Assembly (NCBI GenBank): GCA_963749895.1
Contig: CAVVOG010000003.1
Location: 987,151-1,051,150, forward strand
Length of the DNA: 64,000 nt
Direction of reading: 5' to 3'
Origin: an uncultured Actinomycetes bacterium
GTDB lineage: Bacteria > Actinomycetota > UBA4738 > HRBIN12
The notes under the pieces: model-generated
What the model was told of the DNA's origin: nothing
Database searches by the model: none
Seen by the model: only the letters and a program-made list of their open reading frames with translations
Made by a program: the position numbers and the translations under genes
Part shown: piece by piece, positions 36,459 through 46,723 of the stretch
How the letters are laid out: each line of letters opens with the position of its first letter
Position numbering within the stretch: position 1 is the stretch's first letter

Positions 36459-37208
36459 CTACAGGAGGGCGTCGAGCCCCACGGTGAGGCCGGGACGGTC
36501 CCCGACCGCACGGATCGCCATCAGCACGCCCGGCATGAACGCCGTGCGGTCGGTCGTGTCGTGACGGATCGTGAGCGTCTGGCCGGGACCGCCGAACAGC
36601 ACCTCCTGGTGGGCCAGCAGCCCGGGAAGGCGGATGCCGTGGACCCTGACCCCCTCGACGTCGGCGCCTCGCGCGCCCGGATGGGCCTCGTCGCCCCCCG
36701 GCGCCATCCACCCACCGGCGCGGGCCGCGGCGATCGCGCGCGCCGTCGCGATCGCGGTCCCGCTCGGCGCGTCGGCCTTGCGGTCGTGGTGCAGCTCGAT
36801 CACCTCGGCGGCGTCGAAGTGCCGGGCCGCTTCGGCGGCGAACCGCATCATCAGCACGGCCCCGATCGAGAAGTTGGGGACCACGACGATGCCGACGGTC
36901 GCGTCGGCCCACGCCTCGTCGATCGCGAACCCGGTGGTTCCCTCGACGACGTGGATCCCGTGCTCGATCGCCCAGTCGACGTGCCCGGGCGCGTGAGCCG
37001 CGCCCGTGAAGTCGACGAGCACCTCGGCGGCGGCGTCGAGGACCTCGTCGAGCGATCCCGCGTAGACGAGATCGGTTCCCTCGACGGGAGCCCCTGTCGC
37101 GGATCTCGAGACGGCGGCCACGAGCGAGAGGTCTTCCGCCCCGAGGACCGCCGTGCAGACGGCCCGGCCCATCTTCCCGGTGGCGCCCAGGACGCCGACC
37201 CGGATCAC
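36459..37208 (-). CDS. dapB: 4-hydroxy-tetrahydrodipicolinate reductase
   Basis: N-terminal Rossmann fold MIRVGVLGATGKMGRAV and DapB C-terminal domain. GTG start forms a GTGA overlap with the pepR stop. Confidence 0.95.
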   Translation of the reverse strand: MIRVGVLGATGKMGRAVCTAVLGAEDLSLVAAVSRSATGAPVEGTDLVYAGSLDEVLDAAAEVLVDFTGAAHAPGHVDWAIEHGIHVVEGTTGFAIDEAWADATVGIVVVPNFSIGAVLMMRFAAEAARHFDAAEVIELHHDRKADAPSGTAIATARAIAAARAGGWMAPGGDEAHPGARGADVEGVRVHGIRLPGLLAHQEVLFGGPGQTLTIRHDTTDRTAFMPGVLMAIRAVGDRPGLTVGLDALL

Positions 37209-38479
37209 TCCAGGGCCCCCTTGAACGCCGCGGGCCCGAGCGGACCGAGCACGGTGAGCGTCATCGGCTGCGACAGTACCCGGTCGGCCACCCGGCGTGC
37301 ATCGTCGAGGGTGACCGCGTTCAGGCGCCGCAGGGACTCCTGGACCGTGAGGATCTCGCCGTGGGCGATCTCGGACTTGCCCAGGCGCGACATCCGACCA
37401 CCCGGGTCCTCCAGCGACAGGGCCGTCGAGCCCCTCACGTGACCCTTCGCTCGCTCGAACTCCTCACGGGTGAGGCCCCCGTCGCGAACGTCGGCGATCT
37501 CACGCCGCATCAGATCGACGACGTCGCGGGCGCGGCCAGGGGTGGTCCCGGCGTAGGCGCTGAAGATGCCGGCCTCCGTGTACTGGGCGTGGAAGCTGTA
37601 CGCGGTATAGGCCAGCCCCCGCTTCTCGCGGATCTCCTGGAACAGCCGCGACGACATCCCCCCGCCGAGCGCGGTGTTCGCGATCAGCATCGCGAACCGG
37701 TCCGGGTCGGTGCGCGGCAGCCCGTTCGTCCCCATCACGATGTGCGCCTGCTCGGAGCGGCGGCGCTTCACGAACGTCGCTCCGCTCGGGCGTGGCGCCC
37801 GCACGTGCGTCCGCAGGTTCCATGCCGAGGGCCGGCCCGGTCGCAGCGGCCGCCCCACGGCCATCCGGTCGGCGAGCATCCGCACCACGTCGTCGTGACG
37901 GACGTTGCCGGCCACGGCCACGACCAGGTGGCCGGGGACGTAGCGGCGACGATAGAAGCCGCGGACCGACGAGCGCGTCGCCTGCCGGATCCGCTCCTTC
38001 GTCCCCAGGATCGGTCGCCCGAGCGGATGCCCGGGCCAGAGCGTCTCCATGAACAGGTCGTGCACGACGTCTTCGGGTGAATCCTCGTGCATGTCGATCT
38101 CGGACAGGATCACCTGGGCCTCGGCGCCGAGATCCTCCGACCTGATCGTGGAGTGCTGGAGCATGTCGGCCAGGTGGTCGACCGCCATCTCCAGATCGCG
38201 GTCACGGACCCGCGCGTAGTAGCACGTGTACTCCTTCGCGGTGAAGGCGTTCACGTCGCCGCCCACGGCGTCGAACGCCTGGGCGATGTCGAGGGCGCTA
38301 CGGTTCGACGTCCCCTTGAACAGCAGGTGTTCTAGGAAGTGGCTATGGCCGCTGATCGCCGGTCGCTCGTCTCGCGAGCCGGCGAGCACCCAGAAACCGA
38401 TCGAGACGGAGCGGACGCCGGGCATCCGCTCCGTCACGACGCGCAGGCCGGAGTCGAACTCCGAGCGCGTGATCGGCAT
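37205..38479 (-). CDS. pepR: M16 family zinc peptidase (PepR-like)
   Basis: Inverted zincin motif HFLEHLLFKGT. The position between pnp and dapB matches mycobacterial synteny. Confidence 0.85.
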   Translation of the reverse strand: MPITRSEFDSGLRVVTERMPGVRSVSIGFWVLAGSRDERPAISGHSHFLEHLLFKGTSNRSALDIAQAFDAVGGDVNAFTAKEYTCYYARVRDRDLEMAVDHLADMLQHSTIRSEDLGAEAQVILSEIDMHEDSPEDVVHDLFMETLWPGHPLGRPILGTKERIRQATRSSVRGFYRRRYVPGHLVVAVAGNVRHDDVVRMLADRMAVGRPLRPGRPSAWNLRTHVRAPRPSGATFVKRRRSEQAHIVMGTNGLPRTDPDRFAMLIANTALGGGMSSRLFQEIREKRGLAYTAYSFHAQYTEAGIFSAYAGTTPGRARDVVDLMRREIADVRDGGLTREEFERAKGHVRGSTALSLEDPGGRMSRLGKSEIAHGEILTVQESLRRLNAVTLDDARRVADRVLSQPMTLTVLGPLGPAAFKGALE

Positions 38480-38487
38480 GGTTCGGG

Positions 38488-40776
38488 TCAGCCGTTCGAG
38501 CCGGCGTCGCCGCCGTCACGGTCGCGGAAGCGCTTCCCTTGACGGTCACCGCGGTCACGGCGCGGACGGTCGCCGCCGCCTCCACGCCGCTCGCCGCCAC
38601 CGGTCTCGACCTCCTGGCCCTCGGGGACCTCCCACTCGGACCCGATCGGCTTGAGGCTGATCTTGCCCTGAGGGTCGATGTCCTCGACCAAGACGGTGAT
38701 CGTGTCACCTTCCTTGATGGCCTCCTCGACGCTCGACAGACGCTTGCCGCGTCCGAGCTTCGAGATGTGCACCAGGCCGTCGCGGCCGGGCACGAGGTTG
38801 ACGAACGCTCCGAAGGTCGTCGTCTTCACGACGCGGCCCTCGTAGGTCTCCCCGACCAGGACCGGACGCGGGTTCGCGATCTCGTCGATCATCCGCGCAG
38901 CCTCGTCGGTGCCCTCGGCGTCGTGCGAGCCGATGAACACCGTGCCGTCGTCCTCGATGTTGATGTCGGCGCCGGTCAGGGCGATGATCTCGTTGATCTT
39001 CTTCCCCTTCGGGCCGATCACCTCGCCGATCTTGTCGACGGGGATCTGGATCGTGATGATCCGCGGCGCCTTCGCGCTCACCTCGTCGCGCGGCGCCGGG
39101 ATCGCGGCCAGCATCACCTCGAGGATCTGCAGCCGGGCCTCCTTCGCCTGCTGCAGCGCACCGGCCAGGACATCGGCGGGCATCCCCGCGACCTTCATGT
39201 CGAGCTGGATCGCCGTGACGAAGTCCTCGGTCCCCGCCACCTTGAAGTCCATGTCGCCGAGCGCGTCCTCGGCGCCCAGGATGTCGGTCAGGGTGATGAA
39301 CTGCCCGTCGTCGGCGATCATCCCCATCGCGATCCCGGCCACCGGCGCCTTGATCGGCACCCCGGCGTCCATCAGCGACAGGGTCGAGCCGCAGACGCTC
39401 GCCATCGAGGTCGAGCCGTTCGACGACATCACGTCGGACACGAGCCGCAGCGCGTACGGGAACTCCTCCTCGTTCGGGATCACGGGGATCAGCGCCCGCT
39501 CGGCGAGCGCACCGTGCCCGATCTCGCGCCGGCGCGGCGAGCCGACGCGGCCCGTCTCACCGGTGGAGTAGGGCGGGAAGTTGTAGTGGTGCATGTACCG
39601 CTTGGAGTCCTCGGGGTCGAGCGTGTCGATCATCTGGGTCATCCGGAGCATGCCCAGCGTCGTGATGTTGAGGACCTGCGTGTCGCCCCGGTTGAACAGG
39701 GCGGACCCGTGAGCCCGCGGGACCAGGTTCACCTCGGCCGACAGCGGCCGGATGTCCTTCGGGCCGCGGCCGTCGAGCCGGATCCCCTGCTCCACCACGC
39801 GGCGACGCATGACCTTCTTCTGCAGCGACTTCCACGCGGCCGAGAACTCCTGGCCACGCACCGCGAACTCATCCTCACCGAGGGTGGCGGCGAGCGAGAC
39901 CTTGGCCTCCTCCTTCACCGCGCTGAACGCGGCGTCGCGCGCCTCGCGGTCCGGCACGATCGCGGCCGCGACCTTCCCGGCGAACCCCTCGTAGAGCGGC
40001 TGCCAGATGTCGTCGCCGTACAGCGGCGTCGGCTCCCAGTCCATCTCGCTCACGCCGTGCGCGGTCAGGAACTCCTCCTGGAACGCGATCAGCTGGCCGA
40101 TCTCGGCCTTCGCGACCTCGAGGCCCTGCGCGACGACCTCCTCGGTCGGCGCCTTCGCGCCCTCGGCGATCAGCGGCCACGTCTCCTCGGGCGCCTCGCC
40201 CTCGATCATCAGGACGTCGACCCCGCCGTCGGAAGCCTTCGAACCCGCGACGACGATATCGAAGGTGGCGTCCTCGACCTCCTGGAACGTCGGGTTCACG
40301 ACCCACTCGCCCCCGATCAGACCGAGGCGCACCGCGGCGACCGGACCGTCGAACGGCAGCCCGGCGAGCCCGACCGCGCAGGCGGCGGCGTTCATCGCGG
40401 GGATGTCGTAGGGGTTGGCCATGTCGACCGACAGCACGGTGACCACGACCTGGACCTCGTCGCGGAAGCCCTCCTTGAAGGTTGGCCGCAGCGGGCGGTC
40501 GATCAGGCGGGCGGTCAGGATCGCCGTCTCGCCGGGCCGGCCCTCACGCCGGAAGAACGAGCCGGGGATCTTCCCGGCCGCGTAGGCCCGCTCCTCGACG
40601 TCGATCGTGAGCGGGAAGAAGTCGATCCCCTCGCGGGGCTTCGAACGGACGCAGGTCGCGATGACCTGGGTCTGTCCGTAGGTGACGACGACGGCCCCAT
40701 CGGCGAGCTTCGCGAGCTTGCCAGCCTGGAACGTCATGTCGTGCGCGCCTACCTGGCGCGTCATCTCGGTGACCAT
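38488..40776 (-). CDS. pnp: Polyribonucleotide nucleotidyltransferase (PNPase)
   Basis: Two RNase PH domains, then KH and S1 domains, and a C-terminal Gly/Arg/Asp-rich tail. Confidence 0.95.
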   Translation of the reverse strand: MVTEMTRQVGAHDMTFQAGKLAKLADGAVVVTYGQTQVIATCVRSKPREGIDFFPLTIDVEERAYAAGKIPGSFFRREGRPGETAILTARLIDRPLRPTFKEGFRDEVQVVVTVLSVDMANPYDIPAMNAAACAVGLAGLPFDGPVAAVRLGLIGGEWVVNPTFQEVEDATFDIVVAGSKASDGGVDVLMIEGEAPEETWPLIAEGAKAPTEEVVAQGLEVAKAEIGQLIAFQEEFLTAHGVSEMDWEPTPLYGDDIWQPLYEGFAGKVAAAIVPDREARDAAFSAVKEEAKVSLAATLGEDEFAVRGQEFSAAWKSLQKKVMRRRVVEQGIRLDGRGPKDIRPLSAEVNLVPRAHGSALFNRGDTQVLNITTLGMLRMTQMIDTLDPEDSKRYMHHYNFPPYSTGETGRVGSPRRREIGHGALAERALIPVIPNEEEFPYALRLVSDVMSSNGSTSMASVCGSTLSLMDAGVPIKAPVAGIAMGMIADDGQFITLTDILGAEDALGDMDFKVAGTEDFVTAIQLDMKVAGMPADVLAGALQQAKEARLQILEVMLAAIPAPRDEVSAKAPRIITIQIPVDKIGEVIGPKGKKINEIIALTGADINIEDDGTVFIGSHDAEGTDEAARMIDEIANPRPVLVGETYEGRVVKTTTFGAFVNLVPGRDGLVHISKLGRGKRLSSVEEAIKEGDTITVLVEDIDPQGKISLKPIGSEWEVPEGQEVETGGGERRGGGGDRPRRDRGDRQGKRFRDRDGGDAGSNG

Positions 40777-40963
40777 ACCGGTCGGTCCTCCTGTGGTTCG
40801 TGCGGCGCCCTCGTGGCGTCGCGTCAGGTGGAGGGGGGCGGCCGGTTCTCAGTGGTGAACGTCCGAGCGGGTTCGGGCGCTCGCCACTGACAACCGACCG
40901 TTCGGGGCTGTCCCTCCGGTCAGCCGCGGGTCAACTCAGGGGCATCAGCTCCTCATGCGGAGC

Positions 40964-40982
40964 GGGCGCCTGCGAGGCGCCC
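40964..40982 (-). terminator. GC hairpin (GGGCGCC-tgcga-GGCGCCC) 11 nt downstream of rpsO; candidate rpsO terminator and pnp leader processing element
   Basis: Perfect 7-bp stem with a 5-nt loop in the rpsO-pnp intergenic region. No U-tract follows, which is common in high-GC actinobacteria. Confidence 0.5.
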
Positions 40983-40992
40983 TCGGAAGCGG

Positions 40993-41262
40993 TCAGCGGC
41001 GGAGACCGAGCTTCGCGACGATCGCACGGTAGCGCTCGATGTCCTCACGCTTGAGGTACTCGAGCAGCCGACGGCGCCGGCCGACCAGCATCAGCAGGCC
41101 GCGACGGCTGTGGTGGTCCTGCTTGTGCATCTTGAGGTGCTCGGTCAGATCCGAGATCCGGCGCGTCAGCACCGCGATCTGCACCTCGGCCGAGCCGGTG
41201 TCGCCCGTGGAACGGGCGTGCTCGGCGATGATCTGGGTCTTGTCGTCTTTGGTCAACGTCAT
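40993..41262 (-). CDS. rpsO: 30S ribosomal protein S15
   Basis: 89 aa, [71 protein letters not shown]. Confidence 0.95.
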   Translation of the reverse strand: MTLTKDDKTQIIAEHARSTGDTGSAEVQIAVLTRRISDLTEHLKMHKQDHHSRRGLLMLVGRRRRLLEYLKREDIERYRAIVAKLGLRR

Positions 41263-41264
41263 GG

Positions 41265-42599
41265 TCAGTCGTCAAGGCTACCAGCGAGGTTCCCCTGGCG
41301 ACCCTCGAGCGCCGCGTCCACCTCGTCGACGAGCCATGCCCGACGTTCGGCCAGATCCTCGGCGGCCCTGCCGGGGACCGCGAGGCGTGACGGACGCAGC
41401 CGAGCGAGGCGCGCGCGACGCGCCCGATCCCCGACGACCGCCGCGACGAGCCCACAGACAGGGCCGACGACCAACGTGAGCAGCCACGGACCCGAGGCGT
41501 CCGCGAAGGCCAGGTAGCGCCAGGCGAGCCAGGTCGCCGGGAAGGTCACGAACCCGACGAGGAACTTCACCGTCGCCAGGGTGACCGGCGCGGCAGGACG
41601 ACGACCGGCCAGGTGGACCAGCAGCGCCGGCACCCCGTTCACGATCAACCCGACGACCGCGAGGGGCAGTGCGACGAGGGTGAGGAGCCCGCCCACGAGC
41701 CGCGCGGGACGGGCGACGTCACGAGGACCGGCGGCTACCTGGCGGTCCGACGCGTCGTTCGCCTCGAGCGCCGCGCGGTAGCTCGCGACCGCCCCTCGGA
41801 CCCGCGCCTGGGTCGCGGTGGGGGCGTCGGCGAGCGCGCCTGCCACCCGGTCGATCGCCGACAGAGGCGGCGCCCAGGAAGGGTCACTTCCGGATCTGCG
41901 GAGGTAGACGGCGGCCGCGTAGCCGAGGTCGGATGCCTGCGCCGCATCCCGATAGTCGAGCGCCGCCCGGCCGAGCCCCTCGCCGATCACTGCCGTCAGC
42001 CGCCCGACGGCCGCATGGTCGCTCGGATCCGCGGTCCCCGTGCCGAGCCACCCGTCGAGATCGATCGGGGTTGCCACACGGACGTACGCGCGGGTTCGAG
42101 CCGTCTGCTTCCGCTCGTAGATCAACCCGACCGGCACGATCCGGATCCGCCGGACGCCCGAGGCGCGCGCCCCGAGCACGATCCGGGCCGCCCCGGTCTT
42201 GACGGGGAGCAGGTGGGGTTCGTCGCTCGCTTGCCCCTCGGGGAAGATCCCGACGATCCCGCCGTCGCCGAGGGCTCGGCGTGCCGCGGCGAACGCGTCC
42301 ACGTTGCGACCCGTCGCGCCGTCCTGCGCCCTGCGGACCGGGATCGCCCCGGCGAACGCCAGGATCGGACGGATCGGCCAGATCCGCCACAGGGCCGCCA
42401 TCGCGAGGAAGCGTGGCACGCGGGGCAGGATCGCGGTCAGCAGCGCCGGATCGACGAACCCCCCGGGGTGGTTGGCCACGATCAGGGTCGGGTGATCCGT
42501 CTCGACCAGGTGGACCCCGACGACCTCGACCGATCGGAACCACCCGAGCGTCGCCAGGCGGGCGACCAGGTGGAGCACGCGATCGGCGAGACGACGCAT
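41265..42599 (-). CDS. Lysophospholipid (1-acyl-sn-glycerol-3-phosphate) acyltransferase family protein with a C-terminal membrane domain
   Basis: PlsC motifs HPGGFVDP and FPEG, with a C-terminal region of TM helices. I placed the start at ATG 42599, since the track start at 42683 would overlap the divergent gene. Its stop lies 2 nt before the rpsO ATG. Confidence 0.75.
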   Translation of the reverse strand: MRRLADRVLHLVARLATLGWFRSVEVVGVHLVETDHPTLIVANHPGGFVDPALLTAILPRVPRFLAMAALWRIWPIRPILAFAGAIPVRRAQDGATGRNVDAFAAARRALGDGGIVGIFPEGQASDEPHLLPVKTGAARIVLGARASGVRRIRIVPVGLIYERKQTARTRAYVRVATPIDLDGWLGTGTADPSDHAAVGRLTAVIGEGLGRAALDYRDAAQASDLGYAAAVYLRRSGSDPSWAPPLSAIDRVAGALADAPTATQARVRGAVASYRAALEANDASDRQVAAGPRDVARPARLVGGLLTLVALPLAVVGLIVNGVPALLVHLAGRRPAAPVTLATVKFLVGFVTFPATWLAWRYLAFADASGPWLLTLVVGPVCGLVAAVVGDRARRARLARLRPSRLAVPGRAAEDLAERRAWLVDEVDAALEGRQGNLAGSLDD

Positions 42600-42649
42600 C
42601 GCGGCGATGCTGCCACACGCGGAGGCTACGATGCCGGGGTGAGGTGCCC

Positions 42650-43369
42650 GTGAGCGACCGTCCCGGCCGGTTCCGTGCGGCATGCGGCCTGATCGGGCCG
42701 GCTGCGTTCACGTCGGCATGGCTGGTCGCGACGCGGCGCCAGCCCACCTACTCGCTCGCCAACGAGCACATCAGCGGGCTGGCCGCCCCGGACGCCGAGA
42801 TCCCCCACGTGATGACCGCGGGATTCGTGGCGTTCGGGGCGTGCACGGTGGCCTTCGCCTCCGAACTCGAGCGGCGACTCTCTCACGGGGGGCACGCCGC
42901 CGGGATCGGGCCGACCTTGATGGCGGCATCCGGGATCGCGATGATCACGGCCGGCGCCTTCCGGCGTGACCGGATCTCGAACTACCCGATGCCCGGTGAG
43001 CGCGACGACCCGCAGTCGTGGCGCAACGACGTCCACGATCTGTCGGCGGTGGCAGCCGGGGGTCTCGGGATCGGCGCCCTGATCACCCTCGGCGGACGGT
43101 TCCGCGGCGACCCCGCCTGGCGAGCCCTCGCCTCGCCGGCCCTGCGCACGGCCGTGGCCAGCGCCGGCCTCTCGGGCTGGTTCGTCCGTGACGTCACGCG
43201 GCCCGGGAACGGGCTCGTCCAGCGCGCGAGCATCTCCCTGCCGCTGGCGTTCATGGCTCGCGTCGCGTGGCGGATGCTCCGTCAGCCGAGCGCCTCGCCG
43301 GGCACGAGCGCGACCGTTCGATCCACGTCGTCGGCGATCGCCGCCACGAGCTCCTCGATCGAGTCGTAG
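42650..43369 (+). CDS. DUF998-like integral membrane protein
   Basis: GTG 42650 has a GAGG SD sequence 5 nt upstream. The hydrophobic 240 aa sequence (VSDRPGRFRAACGLIGPAAFTSAWLV...NEHISGLAAP...) fits the DUF998 pattern. The ORF runs into ribF, giving an 88-nt convergent overlap, so its 3' end is uncertain. Confidence 0.5.
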   Translation: MSDRPGRFRAACGLIGPAAFTSAWLVATRRQPTYSLANEHISGLAAPDAEIPHVMTAGFVAFGACTVAFASELERRLSHGGHAAGIGPTLMAASGIAMITAGAFRRDRISNYPMPGERDDPQSWRNDVHDLSAVAAGGLGIGALITLGGRFRGDPAWRALASPALRTAVASAGLSGWFVRDVTRPGNGLVQRASISLPLAFMARVAWRMLRQPSASPGTSATVRSTSSAIAATSSSIES

Positions 43370-44223
43370 CGCTCCTCGTCGCGGAGGCGCCCCCAGAACT
43401 CGATCGACAGCGGCTCCCCCGGGAGCTCACCGCCTCCGTAGCCGAGGAGGAACGCCTCGACGTGGAGCGGCTCGACGCCGAACGTCGGGTTCGTGCCGAC
43501 GTCCAGGGCCGTGCGATAGCGACGACCTCGGTGCTCGGCGACGCCCGCGTAGATACCCTGCCCGGGCAGCAGCAGTCGAGGCCACGTCCGGAGGTTCGCC
43601 GTCGGATAGCCGAGCCCCTTGCCCCGGCCGTGGCCTGTGACCACCTCACCGTCGAGCACGAACCTCCGTCCGAGCGCGAGCGTCGGCCACTCGAGGTCGC
43701 CGGCCGCCAGGGCCTCACGGATCGACGTCGACGACACGGGCCGGCCGGCCGTCTCGTACAGCCCGACCGTCTCGGCCGTGAGCCCGAACGGCTCTCCGAA
43801 TTCAGGGAGGTTCTCCATCGTGCCGAACGCCTTGAAGCCGAACGTGAAGTTCGCCCCCATCGCGACGTGCCGGGCATGGACGCCGTGCACGAGCACGTCC
43901 CGGACGAAGTCCTCAGCGGGGATCAATGAGAAGTCACGGTCGAACTCGAGCACCACGAGCACGTCGATCCCACACCCGGCGATCAGCTCGGCCTTGCGCT
44001 CGACCGTCGTCAGGAGACGAGGCTCGCTCCCCGGGGACAGCACCTCGCGAGGATGACGGTCGAAGGTGATCGCCACCGCGCGCAGGCCGTCCGCGCGTGC
44101 TCGTTCGACGATCCGCTCGAACACCGCCCGGTGGCCCAGATGTACGCCGTCGAAGAAACCGACGGTGGCGACGCTCGGCTCGTGATCCAACGGCAGCGAG
44201 CCCATCCCTCGCAGGATCTCCAC
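43282..44223 (-). CDS. ribF: Bifunctional riboflavin kinase / FMN adenylyltransferase
   Basis: FAD synthetase N-domain (GFFDGVHLGHRAV) and a riboflavin kinase C-domain. GTG start. Confidence 0.9.
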   Translation of the reverse strand: MEILRGMGSLPLDHEPSVATVGFFDGVHLGHRAVFERIVERARADGLRAVAITFDRHPREVLSPGSEPRLLTTVERKAELIAGCGIDVLVVLEFDRDFSLIPAEDFVRDVLVHGVHARHVAMGANFTFGFKAFGTMENLPEFGEPFGLTAETVGLYETAGRPVSSTSIREALAAGDLEWPTLALGRRFVLDGEVVTGHGRGKGLGYPTANLRTWPRLLLPGQGIYAGVAEHRGRRYRTALDVGTNPTFGVEPLHVEAFLLGYGGGELPGEPLSIEFWGRLRDEERYDSIEELVAAIADDVDRTVALVPGEALG

Positions 44224-44256
44224 GCGCGGAGGCTACCGGACGACGGCCGTGCGACG

Positions 44257-44841
44257 TCACACGGCGGCGGCGATCAGGAACGTGAGCCCGGCAACCGCCA
44301 GCCCGATCCCGGCGCCACCCACGATGTCGAGCGGGAGGTGCACCCCGACGTACATCCGGCCGAGCCAGGTCAGCACCATCAGGGCGAGCACGAGCGCCCA
44401 CCACCATCCGCCGAGCACCGCCCCCAGGACGACGGCCAGCGTCGTCGAGGTCGCCGCGTGCCCCGACGGGAAACCCGATCCGCCCTCCTTCGGACCTCGC
44501 AGACGGACGTCGTCGTCCAGCACGTGCTGCGGACGGCCACGCCGTGCGATCTCCTTCACGAGCTTGGCGAGCAGCCACGACGAGGTCCCGGCCACGAACA
44601 TGGCCACCCCCTCTCCCCGGCGCCCTGTCGACCAGAGCACGACGGCCACGATCGGCGTCGTGACGTAGGTCCCGAACTGCATCGCCACGACGATCGGCAC
44701 GAACGCGGCGTCACCGGTGCCGTTGATCGCCCGGAAGAACCGCGCTTCACCCGCGCTCACACCACGGACGGCCAGGGCCCCCGACCCGATCAGCACGGTC
44801 AGGCCGATGACGACGAGCGCCACGGCGCCCGACGTGCTCAC
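44257..44841 (-). CDS. PAP2 family phosphatase (membrane)
   Basis: PAP2 motifs KxxxxxxRP (KLVKEIARRGRP), PSGH and the GVHLPLD region, with TM helices. Confidence 0.8.
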   Translation of the reverse strand: MSTSGAVALVVIGLTVLIGSGALAVRGVSAGEARFFRAINGTGDAAFVPIVVAMQFGTYVTTPIVAVVLWSTGRRGEGVAMFVAGTSSWLLAKLVKEIARRGRPQHVLDDDVRLRGPKEGGSGFPSGHAATSTTLAVVLGAVLGGWWWALVLALMVLTWLGRMYVGVHLPLDIVGGAGIGLAVAGLTFLIAAAV

Positions 44842-45698
44842 GAGGGAGCGAGCACCATCTCGGGGCGCGCCTTCGGGCCGTCGTCGCGCCAGATCCCGAT
44901 CAGCCGTCCGTTCGGGCCGAAGACCGCGTGAGGACCGGCGGCCCCGGCCGGCGCCAGCACCGAGCCGTGCGAGGCGACGCGGGCCTCCTCGTCGTCGAGG
45001 TCCACCCGCGGCAGGTGGACCACCGCCCGCTCCATCGGCAGGGGCGCCCCCGGGTCGCTCGGCGCCACGGCGTCGTGGACCTGGAACGGACCGATCGCGG
45101 TCCGACGCAGGCGAGTCAGATGCGCCCCGACGCCGACCGCATCCCCCACGTCGGCCACCAGCACCCGAACGTAGGTTCCCCCGCTCACCGTCGCGACGAA
45201 GTCGACATCCGGGGGTCGATACGCGACCACGTCGAACGCGTCGACGCGGATCACCCGCGCCTCGGCCTGGATGTGCTCACCCTTGCGGGCGGCCTCGTAG
45301 AGCTTGCGCCCTCCGACCTTCACGGCGCTGAAGGCGGGCGGTCGCTGGGCCGACGCCCCCAGCTTGGCGGCCATCGCGGCCGCGACCGCGGACCCCTCCA
45401 CCCCGGTGGGGTCGCTCCGCTCGACGACGTCCCCGTGCGCGTCGAGCGTGGTGGTCCGGACCCCGAGACGGAACGCCCCCTCGTAGGTCTTCGGCAGATC
45501 GCCCAGGAACCGCAGCAGCCGCGTCGCACGGCCGACGCCCATCACGAGCAACCCGGTCGCCATCGGGTCGAGCGTCCCCGCGTGACCCACCTTGCGGGTC
45601 CCCAGCGCTCGCCGGACCTGCGCGACCGCGTCGTGCGACGTGATGCCGGACGGCTTGTCGACGAGCAGCAGGCCCTCCGGGCCGGCGTCGTCGCTCAC
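44838..45698 (-). CDS. truB: tRNA pseudouridine(55) synthase
   Basis: Catalytic Asp motif GHAGTLDPMATGLL and a PUA domain. Forms a 4-nt overlap with the downstream gene. Confidence 0.95.
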   Translation of the reverse strand: MSDDAGPEGLLLVDKPSGITSHDAVAQVRRALGTRKVGHAGTLDPMATGLLVMGVGRATRLLRFLGDLPKTYEGAFRLGVRTTTLDAHGDVVERSDPTGVEGSAVAAAMAAKLGASAQRPPAFSAVKVGGRKLYEAARKGEHIQAEARVIRVDAFDVVAYRPPDVDFVATVSGGTYVRVLVADVGDAVGVGAHLTRLRRTAIGPFQVHDAVAPSDPGAPLPMERAVVHLPRVDLDDEEARVASHGSVLAPAGAAGPHAVFGPNGRLIGIWRDDGPKARPEMVLAPS

Positions 45699-46723
45699 GC
45701 AGGCTCCTGGCTCCGAAGGACCTCGATCAGCGCGTCGATCGTGGCCCGCGGGCCACGATCGCTCGTGTACCCCGCCGCGAGCCGGTGGCCGCCGCCGCCG
45801 AAGGCACCGGCGGCCATGCTCAGGTCGTGCCCACCCCGGGACCGCACGCTGACCTTGAACCGACCGTCGCGCTGCTGCTTCACGAGCGCCGCCACGTCGG
45901 CTTCACGGGCCGTTCGGATCACGTCGATCAGATCCTCGGTATCGGCAGGGTGCACTCCCGCCTCGGCGAGATCGGCCTGCGTGAGGTAGGTCCAGACGAG
46001 GTCCGCGTCCTCGACGAGGGTGAGCCGCTCGAGGGCGGTCCCCAGCACCCGCAGGTACGCGAACCGGTTGTCCTCGTAGAGGACCTGTGACAACCGCGCA
46101 TGGTCGAAGTCGAACTCGCGCAGCCGTGCGGCGACCCGGAGCGTCTGCGGCCCCGCCGCCTCGTACTGGAACCGCCCGGTGTCGGTGACCAAGCCCGCGT
46201 ACAGGCACACCGCCGATGCGTCGCCCATCTCCCCACCGATCGCGTCGATCAGCCCAACCACGAGCTCACACGTGCTCGACGCCGCCGGGTCGACGAGCCG
46301 GATCGTTCCGAGCCCGTCGTTCGACCGGTGGTGGTCGATCCAGATCAGCTCACGAGCCTTCGACGCGGCGTGACCGAGCGGCCCGAGCCGGTCGAACGAT
46401 GCGCAGTCGCACGTGACCATCACGTCCGGTTCCTTCGGGAAGTCCCCCGGAGGCACGATCACGTCCGCGCCGGGGAGGAAGGACGACCACCGCGGCAGGT
46501 CGAGCGGCTCATTGGGGTAGGAGCAAACGGTCTCGATCCCCAGCGTTCGCAGGTGGTTCGCGAGCCCCAGCATCGACCCCAGGGCATCGGTGTCGGGGTT
46601 CACGTGACATGCGATCGCGACGGTCGGGGATCCACGCAGGACCTCCCCGGCGCGTGCGAGGTCCTCAGGCTTCACCGGTCTCCTCCTCGTGGATACGCTC
46701 GATGATCGCATCGATCCGTTCAC
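45695..46723 (-). CDS. nrnA: DHH/DHHA1 family phosphoesterase (NrnA-like nanoRNase / pAp phosphatase)
   Basis: DHH motif (IWIDHHRSNDG) and DHHA1 GGGH motif (FGGGGHRLAAG). The start is uncertain: track start 46723 overlaps the rbfA 3' end by 59 nt; an alternative GTG lies at 46675. Confidence 0.85.
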   Translation of the reverse strand: MNGSMRSSSVSTRRRPVKPEDLARAGEVLRGSPTVAIACHVNPDTDALGSMLGLANHLRTLGIETVCSYPNEPLDLPRWSSFLPGADVIVPPGDFPKEPDVMVTCDCASFDRLGPLGHAASKARELIWIDHHRSNDGLGTIRLVDPAASSTCELVVGLIDAIGGEMGDASAVCLYAGLVTDTGRFQYEAAGPQTLRVAARLREFDFDHARLSQVLYEDNRFAYLRVLGTALERLTLVEDADLVWTYLTQADLAEAGVHPADTEDLIDVIRTAREADVAALVKQQRDGRFKVSVRSRGGHDLSMAAGAFGGGGHRLAAGYTSDRGPRATIDALIEVLRSQEPA

